IMG/VR virus record: IMGVR_UViG_3300032286_000443
Coordinates: 1 to 60,102 of that record
Length of the DNA: 60,102 bases
DNA from: a virus
Lineage: Duplodnaviria; Caudoviricetes
Direction: 5' to 3' (one strand)
The notes beneath the pieces are model-generated. The model had not been told where the DNA came from. It did no database searches and saw nothing but the letters and a program-made list of their open reading frames with translations. Shown in pieces: positions 47,101-55,847 of this stretch. A program made the translations under genes and the position numbers. Within the stretch, counting starts at the first letter, position 1. Every line of letters starts with the position of its first letter.

Positions 47101-48214
47101 ACGCTCCGGGAGCAACTGTGATCGGAAAAGGGCTATGAGATAGATACGGAGTAACAACCGTAGACCCTACTTGAATAGCAGTAATTGTTGCGGGATTTGA
47201 AGTGGCATCTATATTAAGGTTATTGATAGTGATCTGTTGTGTAGTACTGGTACTACCTCCAGTCATTGTGTAATAAAGTTCTGTAGGATTGACTGTTAGA
47301 TTTACAGTTCTTCTCACATTGGTAGACGCTACAAAATCATCAAAATCTCTAGTATAGGATCTTTCTGGAGCAACTGCCTGTATTGAACCGGTACTGATAT
47401 AATTGGTCACTGTAACGGTTGCAGTTAGATTGAATAAAGGAACCAATGGTAGTTCCGTTGTTGGTTGTATTTCTGTAGTTACTCTAATGGTAGATGTATT
47501 GTTAGAAACACTGTCAAGGATTTGATAGGTGTTGCTAACCGTAAAAAACGCAGTGAATGCACCTGAACTGGTACTTACTACTGAACTGGTGGTAAATCTT
47601 CTTCCTGGGGCTGTTTTTGTAGTCAGCCAACTGCTTCTATTAAAGGGTGTTCTAATAGTATTTCTAAAATCATTGACCAAGCCCACAACCAATCTATGGT
47701 CATTGTCAACATAACTGGGCGGTATTGGGGCAACCAAATCAGTTTGAATATATCCGCCTAGATTGAAATACCAATCCAAAGTTCTTTCGTCGGGCCACTC
47801 ATATACCACTGTGCTGGTCAAGATATACGTAAACGTGCCTGTGCCGCTGGTAGTGCTGGTAGAATTGTTTGCCAGCTGGGAACTGTCAACAGTGTATTTG
47901 TTTGCTGCTAGATCATCTACTCCTGCAATCAATTGATTTACAAAATCTTGTTTTATAATGCTACCTGTTGCAATTGGATAGGTAACGGTCGAAACAATAT
48001 CAGTTGCAGTACCGTTTTGATGATAGTGTACTCGATTTAGATCGTTATAGAGGTTGGTCCATTCTGCAGGCCTTATTAATGTTCCGGTGCCTATATAGTC
48101 ACTTACAGGTCGAACACCGTAGCCAGTGTTATCCGTTGACAAAACTGTCTTAATCGTGTCTAATATATAGTGGTAACCAGACTGGGTAACTGTGGTGTTT
48201 GGGACTATGGTCAT
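44117..48214 (-). CDS. Large virion-like protein with Ig-like and PA14-like domains, hydrophobic segments and a C-terminal Hint domain
   Basis: GCFSKGTPVELADGSVKPIEDIAIGDTV, ATLNHP, KVYNI Hint motifs; GYVEIDG...VNLTAGTHAIRF PA14-like. Confidence 0.8.
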   Translation of the reverse strand: MTIVPNTTVTQSGYHYILDTIKTVLSTDNTGYGVRPVSDYIGTGTLIRPAEWTNLYNDLNRVHYHQNGTATDIVSTVTYPIATGSIIKQDFVNQLIAGVDDLAANKYTVDSSQLANNSTSTTSGTGTFTYILTSTVVYEWPDERTLDWYFNLGGYIQTDLVAPIPPSYVDNDHRLVVGLVNDFRNTIRTPFNRSSWLTTKTAPGRRFTTSSVVSTSSGAFTAFFTVSNTYQILDSVSNNTSTIRVTTEIQPTTELPLVPLFNLTATVTVTNYISTGSIQAVAPERSYTRDFDDFVASTNVRRTVNLTVNPTELYYTMTGGSTSTTQQITINNLNIDATSNPATITAIQVGSTVVTPYLSHSPFPITVAPGASTTVGLYWDKPTITYRELGEHSNPVVIKSNNTRGDVVIPTRVLVQEPQGTWSFSPSSFSTALTTYKKLTQSINIVPNFSQIRRIVSCTLSQSGNNFVLAKSPNAADPSVVISYEPFNTADGSYVATLTATVEVSDTTGDFVTTTKTFTFTVNQNLVDSNLGNWISALGATNSVVGVSYDVIGGTRYVTIGVGMGADGSPTVDNGGGDPRYADVNYLGVGGDTISASRYKFKSYLATTSLGGGLFGLFNRGTALAPDPDIFLPTYGIVSPQTYIGPNDAQCTFNVDIPTNGNYTIKYSVYETGYVEIDGNKIINLSAYNSNNYQSTTSAVVNLTAGTHAIRFVGNLCMALTVVDTAGNLTWSTLNAVQTGPSYKNWWEVYRIPINMDGQFQLFNSSDYRVKDTATAISTTENKRFPYGTFFGYSAKNFGNIFEIRSNGYGQVTISVLPPVQEGKIDDTVTVASLYMSFYYKQLSIPRYTHKTGGRFDNDPTYTDYFLGFDKYGTVRTDKRLIPTQFSYGSGKNSILDKVITFFLSSLLTDYIIIELGLFTSIVYLEAVGVTIIWSQNISFGAYMLSQLGIDIGASQTVGGYIVNYFSSFFQGSAVVAEGATSVLTLAAPNVQVLGGADAITTSLAQSLSNQGVTVYTEGNFGSFLLESTAEGLGAESVPFLNSGYLTAESAAANVAIETGALAAEGGAAVGAAELLTFSNVAGVILTVDGINRIKEGIEDGDVGAVAVGAAEVYVGYTLAETLITAALAAGCFSKGTPVELADGSVKPIEDIAIGDTVMNHDRTKINRVVMIQISDSKGFANTLWSPTDKLKPFATLNHPVYINGKLAAARPDIAMDYQPWIGHVDQAENTVIAKINDQKVYNIYPDGDATFRVYNYGAPSLADGDTTTFRMYEQGVITFDEVQNILNGIIDESEKYGPNAIYGGVILDRIMRKIGSNLLMKAAIKLWLLKNPKLRSIMFKFITIVGAMGQRIKNKKDKNVTKNY

Positions 48215-48281
48215 TGCGTTGGATCTCTAGATGCAATATTTATCCAAGATCACACAGGGCTGCAAATAGCTAAAATTAAAT

Positions 48282-49058
48282 ATGCACATTATGAAAAGAT
48301 TTAAACATTCCGGAGCAATGGGAGACTTGATATACAGTTTGCCCATTGTCAAACATTTTGGTGGGGGCGAATTTTACCTACACCTAAATCAAATGAATTG
48401 GGTTGGTAAACACTATTACGGTAACCTGCCGGCGCCATTCCACAGAGATAGGTTAAATGAACAAGATTTTGAATTCATGCGGGAATTTATGGAGGCACAG
48501 ACCTACATCAGTAAATTCAGTGTACTGGATTCTAAAACAGAAATCACACATAATCTAGATCGTTTTAGAACTGCATTTGTTAGACACCCCGGAAACTATG
48601 TGGACATCTATGCTGACACGTTTGGTATAACAGATGCAGGTATGCAAAAGACAATCCGAAATACTCCCTGGCTTTCTGTTCCTACTCCTAGAGACCTAGA
48701 AGGCAGAACCATTGTGATCAATAGAACAGAACGTTGGTTGCCGACGTCTCTGAATCCAGTTTGGGAAGATTGGAGAACAGATGGATCTGAGGATGCCAGC
48801 CTGTTCGTGGGACTAGAACACGAATATGAACTATTTAAACAGGCCACAGGATGGAATATTCCCTATGTTCCTACCAAAAATCTGTTAGAGTTGGCCAGTG
48901 TGATTGCAGGTGCCAAACGATTTATTGGAAACCAAAGTCAGTGTCTAGCACTGGCCATTGGACTGGGATTAGACTTTGCCTGTGAAGCAAGACAAGATCT
49001 ACCCATTGAACGTAATGAATGTTATTTTCCAGATCATCCAAAAGGGTATTATTTTTGA
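48282..49058 (+). CDS. GT-B glycosyltransferase (GT9/heptosyltransferase-like)
   Basis: HSGAMGDLIYSLP; LLELASVIAGAKRFIGNQS..LALAIGLG. Confidence 0.7.
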   Translation: MHIMKRFKHSGAMGDLIYSLPIVKHFGGGEFYLHLNQMNWVGKHYYGNLPAPFHRDRLNEQDFEFMREFMEAQTYISKFSVLDSKTEITHNLDRFRTAFVRHPGNYVDIYADTFGITDAGMQKTIRNTPWLSVPTPRDLEGRTIVINRTERWLPTSLNPVWEDWRTDGSEDASLFVGLEHEYELFKQATGWNIPYVPTKNLLELASVIAGAKRFIGNQSQCLALAIGLGLDFACEARQDLPIERNECYFPDHPKGYYF

Positions 49059-49087
49059 TTGACAATCTGGTAAAAGTATTGTATAAT
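49059..49087 (+). promoter_or_regulatory. Consensus sigma70 promoter
   Basis: TTGACA-17 bp-TATAAT. Confidence 0.75.
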
Positions 49088-49118
49088 AATAACATTACTA
49101 ACACACAGAGGAACGACA

Positions 49119-49268
49119 ATGAATACTTATTTGGTTTGGGTCCGTATTAATCAGTTGCAAACTGTACACGTTCGTATTATGGCGGACCATGACTATCAAG
49201 CTAAACAAATTGCCGAAGCCCAATACGGTACAGGCAATGTACTAAACTATACACTTGTAAATGAATAA
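49119..49268 (+). CDS. Small hypothetical protein (49 aa)
   Basis: MNTYLVWVRINQLQTVHVRIMADHDYQAKQIAEAQYG...; GAGGA RBS after a sigma70 promoter; below ORF-track cutoff. Confidence 0.7.
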   Translation: MNTYLVWVRINQLQTVHVRIMADHDYQAKQIAEAQYGTGNVLNYTLVNE

Positions 49269-50046
49269 AGAAACTGAAAAAAAGATAGGACTAATACAAA
49301 GTAGAGGATTGGGCGATCTGGTGATCGCCCTTCCCATTGCCAAATGGTACGCTGACAACGGCTACGAAATCTATTGGCCTATTTGTGAAGAATTTGCCAG
49401 CAGCATGGACCAGGCAGCGCCTTGGGTCAATTGGATCCCACTAGCAGTAGACGATAGGGGCTTATTCTTTTACGACAAGCCCATGGAAGCACTGCGAGAG
49501 CTGGGCGTCGAAGAAGCAATTTGCCTGTATCAAAGCCTTACAGGACATCCAGAGTTTACCAAACGTCCTGAATTTCAAATTACAGGATTTGATCAAATCA
49601 AATATCACATTGCCGGAGTACCCTTTATGCAAAAATGGACTTTGGCTGATTGCATTATAAGAGATGCCAAACGAGAACAGGACTTTTACAACAGTGTAGT
49701 AAACAAACAGGGCAAGCCCTATGTTGTTGTTCATAAACAAGGCAGCAGTTACACGGCCAAGATAGACAGCTCGTGGATCCCAAAAGAGTGGCAAGTGATA
49801 GAAGTCACAGAACAAACCGACTCAGTGTTTGATTGGTTACAGGTTCTAGAGGGTGCAGAAGCAATTATTGCAGTCGACTCTGTCATTTCCAATATCGTCG
49901 ATCAACTTAAAATTACAGAATCTGTAGACTGCTACTTTATCCCCCGCAGTCATATTCATTTAACACCTGTGCTAGGCGGATCTTGGACTGTACTAGATTC
50001 TGACGCCGAGACGTTGAAAAAGATATCAATCTTTAAGTCGGGTTGA
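49261..50046 (+). CDS. GT-B glycosyltransferase (GT9-like)
   Basis: SRGLGDLVIALP; PYVVVH; LEGAEAIIAVDS. Confidence 0.7.
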   Translation: MNKETEKKIGLIQSRGLGDLVIALPIAKWYADNGYEIYWPICEEFASSMDQAAPWVNWIPLAVDDRGLFFYDKPMEALRELGVEEAICLYQSLTGHPEFTKRPEFQITGFDQIKYHIAGVPFMQKWTLADCIIRDAKREQDFYNSVVNKQGKPYVVVHKQGSSYTAKIDSSWIPKEWQVIEVTEQTDSVFDWLQVLEGAEAIIAVDSVISNIVDQLKITESVDCYFIPRSHIHLTPVLGGSWTVLDSDAETLKKISIFKSG

Positions 50047-50851
50047 TCTGCCAATCCGTCGGATTAACGAAAGGGCGCTGCTCAGACGGATCTAGTAGGG
50101 AGCTGGGTTCCACTGGCATGCTACCAAACGATTGTCCTATATATTTTGTATAGGCGTTTCGAGTATCTTTGGTCACAGTGATATATTGTTGATCTAGATC
50201 GCTTTGATAGTGGTATTTCAGCATGAAGTCAGTGAAGTCAATACCGTCAATATTAAAATTTGAATATAGAGATTGATCGGCTAGATTAGTAGATGAAACT
50301 ACTTGTTGACTATTTAAAAAATTACCCTGGGCACCAAAGCGCTGGCGCACTTCAACACGATTTTCCAAGTTGAACCAATACCACTTGTATTGGGTTACCT
50401 GGCCCGACGCAGGATCAAAATAGAAACCTAATCCTTCTAGTCGAGTCGCAGAAGCAGGGTCTATAGACTCTGCCTCAGTTTGAGGAAATCTAGAATTGGC
50501 CCACTCTCTGTTTAGTTCTCTTTCTCGAACATAGAATCGCCACGGGCCCTGCTGGGTTATAGAATCTAGATCCACAATCAGTGCCTGACAGTTTTGCAAA
50601 AACTCTTCAAATGCAGTAGGCATACTTTGGCCAAGACTGGTCAACAGTACGGACATATCCAAAGTGGGTAAGAACACACTTAGGGTCAGTTGACCATTTC
50701 TTTTAGCCAATAGATAATGTAGATCGCGATCGGGGTTGTTCAATAGTTCGTCGGGTATGAGAGCCAGTTGACTAAATTTGGTCTTGAGTTGGCCAGTGAT
50801 GGCAGCTATGTTGTATTGTTTATCTTGTTGCATATGATTAAGTAGCCACAA
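50033..50851 (-). CDS. Hypothetical protein, paralogue of 54311..54991
   Basis: Shared DLDSIT...RFYV...LExLGF...YKxYW blocks. Confidence 0.65.
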   Translation of the reverse strand: MWLLNHMQQDKQYNIAAITGQLKTKFSQLALIPDELLNNPDRDLHYLLAKRNGQLTLSVFLPTLDMSVLLTSLGQSMPTAFEEFLQNCQALIVDLDSITQQGPWRFYVRERELNREWANSRFPQTEAESIDPASATRLEGLGFYFDPASGQVTQYKWYWFNLENRVEVRQRFGAQGNFLNSQQVVSSTNLADQSLYSNFNIDGIDFTDFMLKYHYQSDLDQQYITVTKDTRNAYTKYIGQSFGSMPVEPSSLLDPSEQRPFVNPTDWQINPT

Positions 50852-51818
50852 CAGTGATTAAAGGTGTAGAATTGTTGTACCATCCAAAACTGTTGTTGCC
50901 GTAGCCTGGATCTGAATCTCGTCTAAAATCACAACTGTAGTAGACTCGGTAAGTTCTTCCAGCTGATAGACTCACCAAGCCTGAGGGCACATTATATGTA
51001 TTAAAGGTACCAGTGTATGAATTCACGTCAGTGGTATTTCTTATGTAACCAACAGCGCCGCCGCCTGTTACATCGTATACCATAATTCCAAAATAACGTT
51101 GATAGTCGTAATAATAATCAGTTCCATCATACGGTCCGGGGTCATACCAGCTGTAGCCACAGGCCAATTGGACTTGCCAAGCCGATGCTGAAAGAACTAC
51201 ATTGTTGTAGCCCGAAGGCACGGTAAAACTGTAGTAGTCGTTGGAATTTCTATTGATAAAGGCGAATTCCCTAGGTATATCGCCGCCGAAGTAATTGTCA
51301 TCGGCGAGGCCGCCACTAGTTTCATAGATTCCAAACATATAGAAATTGGTTCGCCACTCGTCACTGGCTCCGTAAAAATTGCTGAGGTTGATCCGGCCAC
51401 TGCTGGGTATATAGGTAGCTACTCCGCCAGGGTAACCAATGGTACCAGCTGGCACATAAGAACCCCCTGCGTAATAATTGCTCAGGGAGTTTGAACCAGC
51501 AGGAAGAACCTTCCAGTCAGATCCGCTCGTAGGTGTGCCGCCTGCCATGGTAAAGGTCACGCGGTAGTAGTCTTCGTAGTCTCCCCGGACAAACACCTGA
51601 TAATCTTCATAATTGGTGATGACGCCTGTGCGATTGCCACCCGATTCAAGTATTGTGCGACCAATATCGGCCGGAGACAGAACCAGATAACCAGGGCCGT
51701 ATAGGTACCAGGTAGGTCCAGTGCCGGCAATTTCGCCCGGGGGCAAGGTAATAACACCGGGGGCAAATTCTCCCTTGATGTTTGCTATACCAATTTTGCC
51801 CGAAGATTTTATAGTCAT
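50838..51818 (-). CDS. Tail fibre tip/adhesin-like protein
   Basis: MTIKSSGKIG..I..EF and YYAGGSYVPAGT...IPSSGRINLSNFYGA motifs; aromatic-rich C-terminal domain. Confidence 0.65.
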   Translation of the reverse strand: MTIKSSGKIGIANIKGEFAPGVITLPPGEIAGTGPTWYLYGPGYLVLSPADIGRTILESGGNRTGVITNYEDYQVFVRGDYEDYYRVTFTMAGGTPTSGSDWKVLPAGSNSLSNYYAGGSYVPAGTIGYPGGVATYIPSSGRINLSNFYGASDEWRTNFYMFGIYETSGGLADDNYFGGDIPREFAFINRNSNDYYSFTVPSGYNNVVLSASAWQVQLACGYSWYDPGPYDGTDYYYDYQRYFGIMVYDVTGGGAVGYIRNTTDVNSYTGTFNTYNVPSGLVSLSAGRTYRVYYSCDFRRDSDPGYGNNSFGWYNNSTPLITVVAT

Positions 51819-51876
51819 AATGTGTTGCGTTGAATTATATGATATTTATACAACAGGGTTTTGATCAAAAACTCGA

Positions 51877-52236
51877 TTAAAGTGCTCGAGCAATTCCAGA
51901 TTCTAATGGATTAACTACACCTTTTGGTATCATTGACGGATCCAATATATCTTCTTCACGTTCGCCCGTGCGTAATGCGTGTATACAATGAGCAATGGTA
52001 TTGTCTTCCAATGCCTCCAAGAAATGCTGCTTTCCTTTACTGATATAAATCATTTGGGGTGCTTTGAAGGTGGTCACTTGGTCATCTACGTATACATTTA
52101 CACTACCGAGGGATAGCAAAGTAATGTGATCAAAATTGTGTACGTGTCCTTCATTTCGATCACCTGCTTTGGCAAATGTCATTTGTCTAACCCAAAGGTT
52201 GCTGACACAGGCCATTTTTGTTTCTGGATAACTCAT
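51877..52236 (-). CDS. Cupin-fold protein
   Basis: GHVHNFDHITLLSLGSV...ISKGKQHFLEALED...CIH. Confidence 0.8.
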   Translation of the reverse strand: MSYPETKMACVSNLWVRQMTFAKAGDRNEGHVHNFDHITLLSLGSVNVYVDDQVTTFKAPQMIYISKGKQHFLEALEDNTIAHCIHALRTGEREEDILDPSMIPKGVVNPLESGIARAL

Positions 52237-52239
52237 AAT

Positions 52240-52755
52240 TTAAAGTGTTGCCACAGGAATCTCTGTTGGGTCTGTTTCAAGCAAACCAAATTTGATTAAA
52301 GTTTTGGCCAATTTTTTTTCAAACGATATATCTTCCCGCATTATAAACCCTTCAGTACTGGTAGATATTGATGTTGTTACGGTACTGGCAGGGGCGCTGC
52401 CCGGTAATGGTGGATACAGTGGTGCAGGCGGCAACCACGGCAATCCGGGATTCTGCACAGGTCTAGAAGATACAACCAGTAATTGATCTGCGGCTGCATA
52501 CGCCTCAGTTACTTGATCTGCCATTCCGTCTGCCGTAATCCAACTAATCACTTGTTCTTTAGTCAATTGATCGTAAGCAGTAAATTCATCAGCAGGAGGT
52601 TGGCCACTTACATCAAACACATACTGCAATCCAACTCCGTGGCCTGCATCATTGTGAACAGATACGTTTGCTGCTATTCTAACTACATTTTGCGGATACT
52701 CAGGTTGGGTGTTGTCAACCAAAAGTTGTATTGGTTCAATTGTATATTCATTCAT
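52240..52755 (-). CDS. Fibre-associated hypothetical protein
   Basis: FTAYDQLTKEQVISWI...PGLPW motif. Confidence 0.6.
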   Translation of the reverse strand: MNEYTIEPIQLLVDNTQPEYPQNVVRIAANVSVHNDAGHGVGLQYVFDVSGQPPADEFTAYDQLTKEQVISWITADGMADQVTEAYAAADQLLVVSSRPVQNPGLPWLPPAPLYPPLPGSAPASTVTTSISTSTEGFIMREDISFEKKLAKTLIKFGLLETDPTEIPVATL

Positions 52756-52775
52756 ATATTTTATTCCTATTTTAT

Positions 52776-54314
52776 TTATGGGTAAGTGCTATCGTAAAAA
52801 TCATTAGTGACTTTAAGCCAAGCGGCTCCGTCTAGGCCCGAATTAGCCGGTATAGCTGCCGTGGCGCCTACACCAGTTCCACTACCGTAAGTGGCGGCAC
52901 TGCCTACACCGGTGCTATAACCATAACCTGTATAATAGTTAAAGTTTACATACACAAATCCTTGGCCGCCGCCCTCTCCAGTAAATTCATATGCCGGATA
53001 CCAAGTGCCTTTGTAGTTTGACCATACGATGGTGCCGTCAGCAGAGCCTGTTAGGCCGCCGCCGTATCCGTTTCCGCCGCCTCCACCTCCACCAGCACCA
53101 CCATCATACCCGGCGTAGGCTTCGGCACCAGGTGGATAATAGTTGGTCATGGTGTTCCACCCTTGACCGTCGCTGCCGGAGCCCGCACGTCTATAAGCAC
53201 TTTTCCCTGCACCACCCTGCCATATATCTGGTTGTTGATTTAGTGTAATAAGGTCGGGAATGGAGCTTGTGAAAAATCTATTTCGTTTGTTGGGCCAGGC
53301 AACTGTTTCAGGATAGCCAACAATAAGACTGCTTTGGCCAGCACCTGAGCCACCACCGCCACCGCCAGCAAAGGCTAAAAGTTCAGCAGTATTGGTGTCA
53401 CTACTGTCCTTGGTCCATATTAAACAGGATGCAGCACCACCACCACCCCCAAATCCACTGGAGCCAGCTGGCCCAGGAGTCCCGCCGTGGCCACCATTAA
53501 ATATATTATCATAGGCTCCGCCAAATTGGCCCGCAGCCGCGCTTTGGCCACCGTTGAATGTGGCGGTGGTGCCCCCACTCCCGCCAAATGTGCCGCCCCT
53601 ACCCACATATATTGTGAGATACCCGGATGTTGTAGCATTGAGATAAAATGTGGCTACCAATCCAGCGCCGTCACCGCCTCCAGCGCCGCCGTTGCCGTCA
53701 GCACCCCCACCCCCGCCACCCCCGCCCTGCAGACGAGTCATGACTCTCCAAGGCCCAGGGGGTATATATATTACATTTGATCGACTAACAGAACCACCTA
53801 GATTAGTGTAGGGAGCTGCCACAGAGAAAGACTGTATTGTGTAGGCACCACGGAACGCTCTGTAGCTGATGGGATTGCCCGAAGTGGGTATAAAACTTCT
53901 AGTACCAACCGTGGGAAATCCATAGGTTCCAGCAGGCACAACGCCGCCGCCTGCATAGTATGAGCCCAGCCCGCCGTTGCTGATGGGGGGAAATATTGAG
54001 TATCTGGGTCCAACGCCCAGCAGGCCAGCGCCGCCGCCTGGCTTGGCACCCGGCATGGTAAAAGTCACTGTAGCCGTGCTAAAGCCATAATACCCGCCGC
54101 TGTAAGTGGTGGCGGTAATGGTGCCAACTCGTCCCGCAGTACTGGGTTCCCGTATTTTATAACCAATGTAGGCGGACAAATCGCCGCCCAGGAATGAAAG
54201 GGTCCATTCTGGATCAGTGCCGGTTACGGTACCGCTGAGAGTGGTTACAGTCGGGCTGAATTCATTCCATATGTCAACGGCGCTGACTGGGAGTGGTGAT
54301 GCGGGGGTGGTCAT
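52776..54314 (-). CDS. Glycine-rich tail adhesin-like protein
   Basis: Multiple GGGGG loops (T-even gp38-like architecture); shares YYAGG..VPAGT.G.P...IP.SG with 50838..51818. Confidence 0.75.
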   Translation of the reverse strand: MTTPASPLPVSAVDIWNEFSPTVTTLSGTVTGTDPEWTLSFLGGDLSAYIGYKIREPSTAGRVGTITATTYSGGYYGFSTATVTFTMPGAKPGGGAGLLGVGPRYSIFPPISNGGLGSYYAGGGVVPAGTYGFPTVGTRSFIPTSGNPISYRAFRGAYTIQSFSVAAPYTNLGGSVSRSNVIYIPPGPWRVMTRLQGGGGGGGGADGNGGAGGGDGAGLVATFYLNATTSGYLTIYVGRGGTFGGSGGTTATFNGGQSAAAGQFGGAYDNIFNGGHGGTPGPAGSSGFGGGGGAASCLIWTKDSSDTNTAELLAFAGGGGGGSGAGQSSLIVGYPETVAWPNKRNRFFTSSIPDLITLNQQPDIWQGGAGKSAYRRAGSGSDGQGWNTMTNYYPPGAEAYAGYDGGAGGGGGGGNGYGGGLTGSADGTIVWSNYKGTWYPAYEFTGEGGGQGFVYVNFNYYTGYGYSTGVGSAATYGSGTGVGATAAIPANSGLDGAAWLKVTNDFYDSTYP

Positions 54315-54991
54315 GACAGGGGGTTCCTATGTTGCATTATGGTCAAATATTGACGATCCTGGTCCGGCTCACATCGAACCACGCCAATGTGCCTGTATGC
54401 ATCGGGGCTGACATTTTCTATGCCAAACTGGGCAATAAAAGCAGGGTCAACAGTGACCCGCTGTTCGGTCCAATGCGCGGCCCACTGGCCACTGCTGTCA
54501 AATCTCGTGCTGTGCAACAGGGCTTGCTGGGGTCTGTGCCAATAGTATTTGTAATAATCCACTGTGTTGTTGGCCGTGTTGACCAAAAAGCCCAGGCATT
54601 CTAGACCGTGATCCCGGGCCAGGGGGTCATGATAGGCCGCGGTCTGTTCACTGTCGACCCAGGGATACAGTTCAGTGTAGACACGTTTATAGTCTGTGTC
54701 AAAGTCCGCATCCGATGGAAACACATAAAAACGCAGTTCAGGACCAGTTATTGAATCCAAATCAATCAGTACAAACTTGAATCGATCCAATATGGGCTGT
54801 ATACAGGTGGGCACCGATCTGTCCAGCGCCGAAAACAGCAGGGGCAGTTTTAATCTGGGTATCAGTACACTGGTAGTGACCACAGTATCTCTGCGGGCAA
54901 ATACCACTCGGGGATACTGATGAGCATAGAGCCAAGGACGGGCCACCCTCAGCAGGGGAAATTGGGGTTCTAACGGTTTGGTAAAATTCAT
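54311..54991 (-). CDS. Hypothetical protein, paralogue of 50033..50851
   Basis: LIDLDSITGPELRFYV...LECLGF...YYKYYW. Confidence 0.65.
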   Translation of the reverse strand: MNFTKPLEPQFPLLRVARPWLYAHQYPRVVFARRDTVVTTSVLIPRLKLPLLFSALDRSVPTCIQPILDRFKFVLIDLDSITGPELRFYVFPSDADFDTDYKRVYTELYPWVDSEQTAAYHDPLARDHGLECLGFLVNTANNTVDYYKYYWHRPQQALLHSTRFDSSGQWAAHWTEQRVTVDPAFIAQFGIENVSPDAYRHIGVVRCEPDQDRQYLTIMQHRNPLS

Positions 54992-55066
54992 ATTATACGG
55001 GGATCAATGTAAAATTATTTATGGTGATTTTATATGTGTGTGTCATGGATACGGTGTGTTGGTGTT

Positions 55067-55531
55067 TTATTTGTCCGCTGGCTGCTGGGGATAATTTTCA
55101 TAGATCCACCAAATACTCACACCCAAGACCAAGGGCGACGCGGCTACCAAAGCTGATTTCTTGGCCAGTACGACAAAGACATTGTTGACACTGCCCCCAA
55201 GCCACATGCTGGCCACTATTCGATCCGATTCATACAGCTCACGGGCATCACTGATCCAGGGCCTAAAGCCATATATGTAAACAGCTTTGGCAGCATGAGC
55301 GCCCAAAACTCCAAGAGGATTCAACTCCCGTACACCTTTGACAGTTTCCATGCCTATTTCAGTAGTGACCATGTCGGCAGCAGCACCGTACAATAACCCC
55401 TGTGGAATTTTAGCCTGTTGATTGTTGATATTGGGATCAGCATCAGCAGCAGTGGTAGCACAGGCAGATAACAGACCGGTAAAGGTCAAAAGACCAATAA
55501 GTTTAATAAGTCTATTTGATCTTTTGAACAT
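55067..55531 (-). CDS. Putative lipoprotein/membrane protein
   Basis: From ATG 55531: basic N-terminus, hydrophobic stretch, lipobox LSA-C; GVRELNPL motif. Confidence 0.6.
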   Translation of the reverse strand: MFKRSNRLIKLIGLLTFTGLLSACATTAADADPNINNQQAKIPQGLLYGAAADMVTTEIGMETVKGVRELNPLGVLGAHAAKAVYIYGFRPWISDARELYESDRIVASMWLGGSVNNVFVVLAKKSALVAASPLVLGVSIWWIYENYPQQPADK

Positions 55532-55629
55532 GGTACAATATTTATAAGCAACAGTGACACAGGTACAGTACCATATATATACAATACACTCAACACACAC
55601 TCACACGTACATATACGTACATACACGCA

Positions 55630-55770
55630 TGTATACTAAGAATACCCCGCTGTAGCTGATCAGAGAATCACAGTGTGCGTAGAACAGTGTATATAAGAAA
55701 ACCCCGCTGTAGGCGTCCCCAGTTTCCCATAGTGAGTGTAACTGTGTATATAAGAATACCCCGCTGTAGG
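55630..55770. repeat. Three direct repeats TAAGAA(T/A)ACCCCGCTGTAG at an exact 57-bp period
   Basis: Cores start at 55637, 55694 and 55751, with unrelated ~31-nt intervening sequences. Confidence 0.9.
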
Positions 55771-55784
55771 GGGGTGAGTTAGGC

Positions 55785-55847
55785 TGTGTAGAAGCTGTGG
55801 AAAGGTTGTGGATAACTTGAGAAAAACTGTGGATAACTTGGGAGATT
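55785..55847 (-). promoter_or_regulatory. Phased DnaA-box array (origin-like)
   Basis: Perfect TTATCCACA at 55807-55815 and 55828-55836; degenerate boxes at 55785 and 55796 in 10-11 bp phase. Confidence 0.7.

Noticed and set aside
55630-55770. Annotating the 57-bp-period repeats as a CRISPR array
   Set aside because: Only three copies, non-palindromic, first copy degenerate, no cas genes in the window, adjacent to DnaA boxes. Kept as a repeat and an open finding.
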